A stretch of 64,000 nt of DNA from Octopus bimaculoides (taxonomy: Eukaryota): contig NC_068983.1 of assembly GCF_001194135.2 (NCBI RefSeq), positions 93,794,455-93,858,454 on the forward strand, in the 5' to 3' direction. The translations under genes were made by a program, and so were the position numbers. The notes beneath the pieces are model-generated. The model did not search any database, was not told the origin of the DNA, and saw nothing but the letters and a program-made list of their open reading frames with translations. Below are positions 63,640 through 64,000 of the stretch, piece after piece. The stretch's first letter is position 1, and every line of letters starts with the position of its first letter.

Positions 63640-63905
63640 CATTATCATTTTAACATCTTCTAACCCATGCTAGCATGGAAAACAGCGTTTTAAATTATGA
63701 TAATGATGGCGACAATGATGATATTCGATGCTTCCATGGGTTAGACAGAGGCAGATTTTCAATGTCAGATGCCTTTCCTAACACCAGCTCTCACCTATTT
63801 CCATTTAAGGTAGTAGTTCCCTAAGACCAGATATGGTTTTACATAAGCTTAGAAACAAAAGACACTGCTTGCATCACAGTGACACTCATTTACAACTACC
63901 ACTAG
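63640..63905 (-). mobile_element. Degraded RTE-type 3' tail fragments after a (CAC/CAT)n tract
   Basis: TTTAACATC...CCATGCTAGCATGG and GATGCCTTTCCTAACACCA resemble the RTE tail. Confidence 0.5.
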
Positions 63906-64000
63906 ACTAGGGCACTCATACACACACTCACACTCACACATATACATACATAAATACATACATACATACATACATATATATATATGAATATAAACGTATG

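Overview
AT-rich, repeat-dense eukaryotic DNA from a gapped scaffold, with six N-runs, most of them next to microsatellites. The SINE/LINE families resemble repeats I recall from Octopus genomes; this is an inference, not a search result. I find no rRNA, CRISPR array, intact tRNA or recognisable cellular gene. Almost all entries in the ORF track are microsatellite translations or transposon relics. The window contains dozens of tRNA-derived SINEs with modular tails, plus RTE, CR1/L2-like and R4/Dong-like (restriction-like endonuclease) LINE fragments. It also contains Tc1/mariner and pogo transposase relics and hAT-like and piggyBac-like MITEs. The most notable signals are: (1) two minimal type I hammerhead-ribozyme motifs with palindromic stem III on the minus strand (14197-14240 and 47582-47643), the second enclosed by a 45-bp inverted repeat, plus one degenerate motif; (2) an (AAT/ATT)n-centred nest at 57.8-63.3 kb that includes an internally deleted Dong-like element retaining both ends but lacking the RT; (3) a perfect 30-bp fold-back palindrome and a fold-back at an RTE 5' junction; (4) weak candidate micro-exons of an unidentified + strand host gene at 49.4-52.9 kb. 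Most element boundaries were read by eye and are approximate to about 10-20 bp unless a TIR or TSD is cited.
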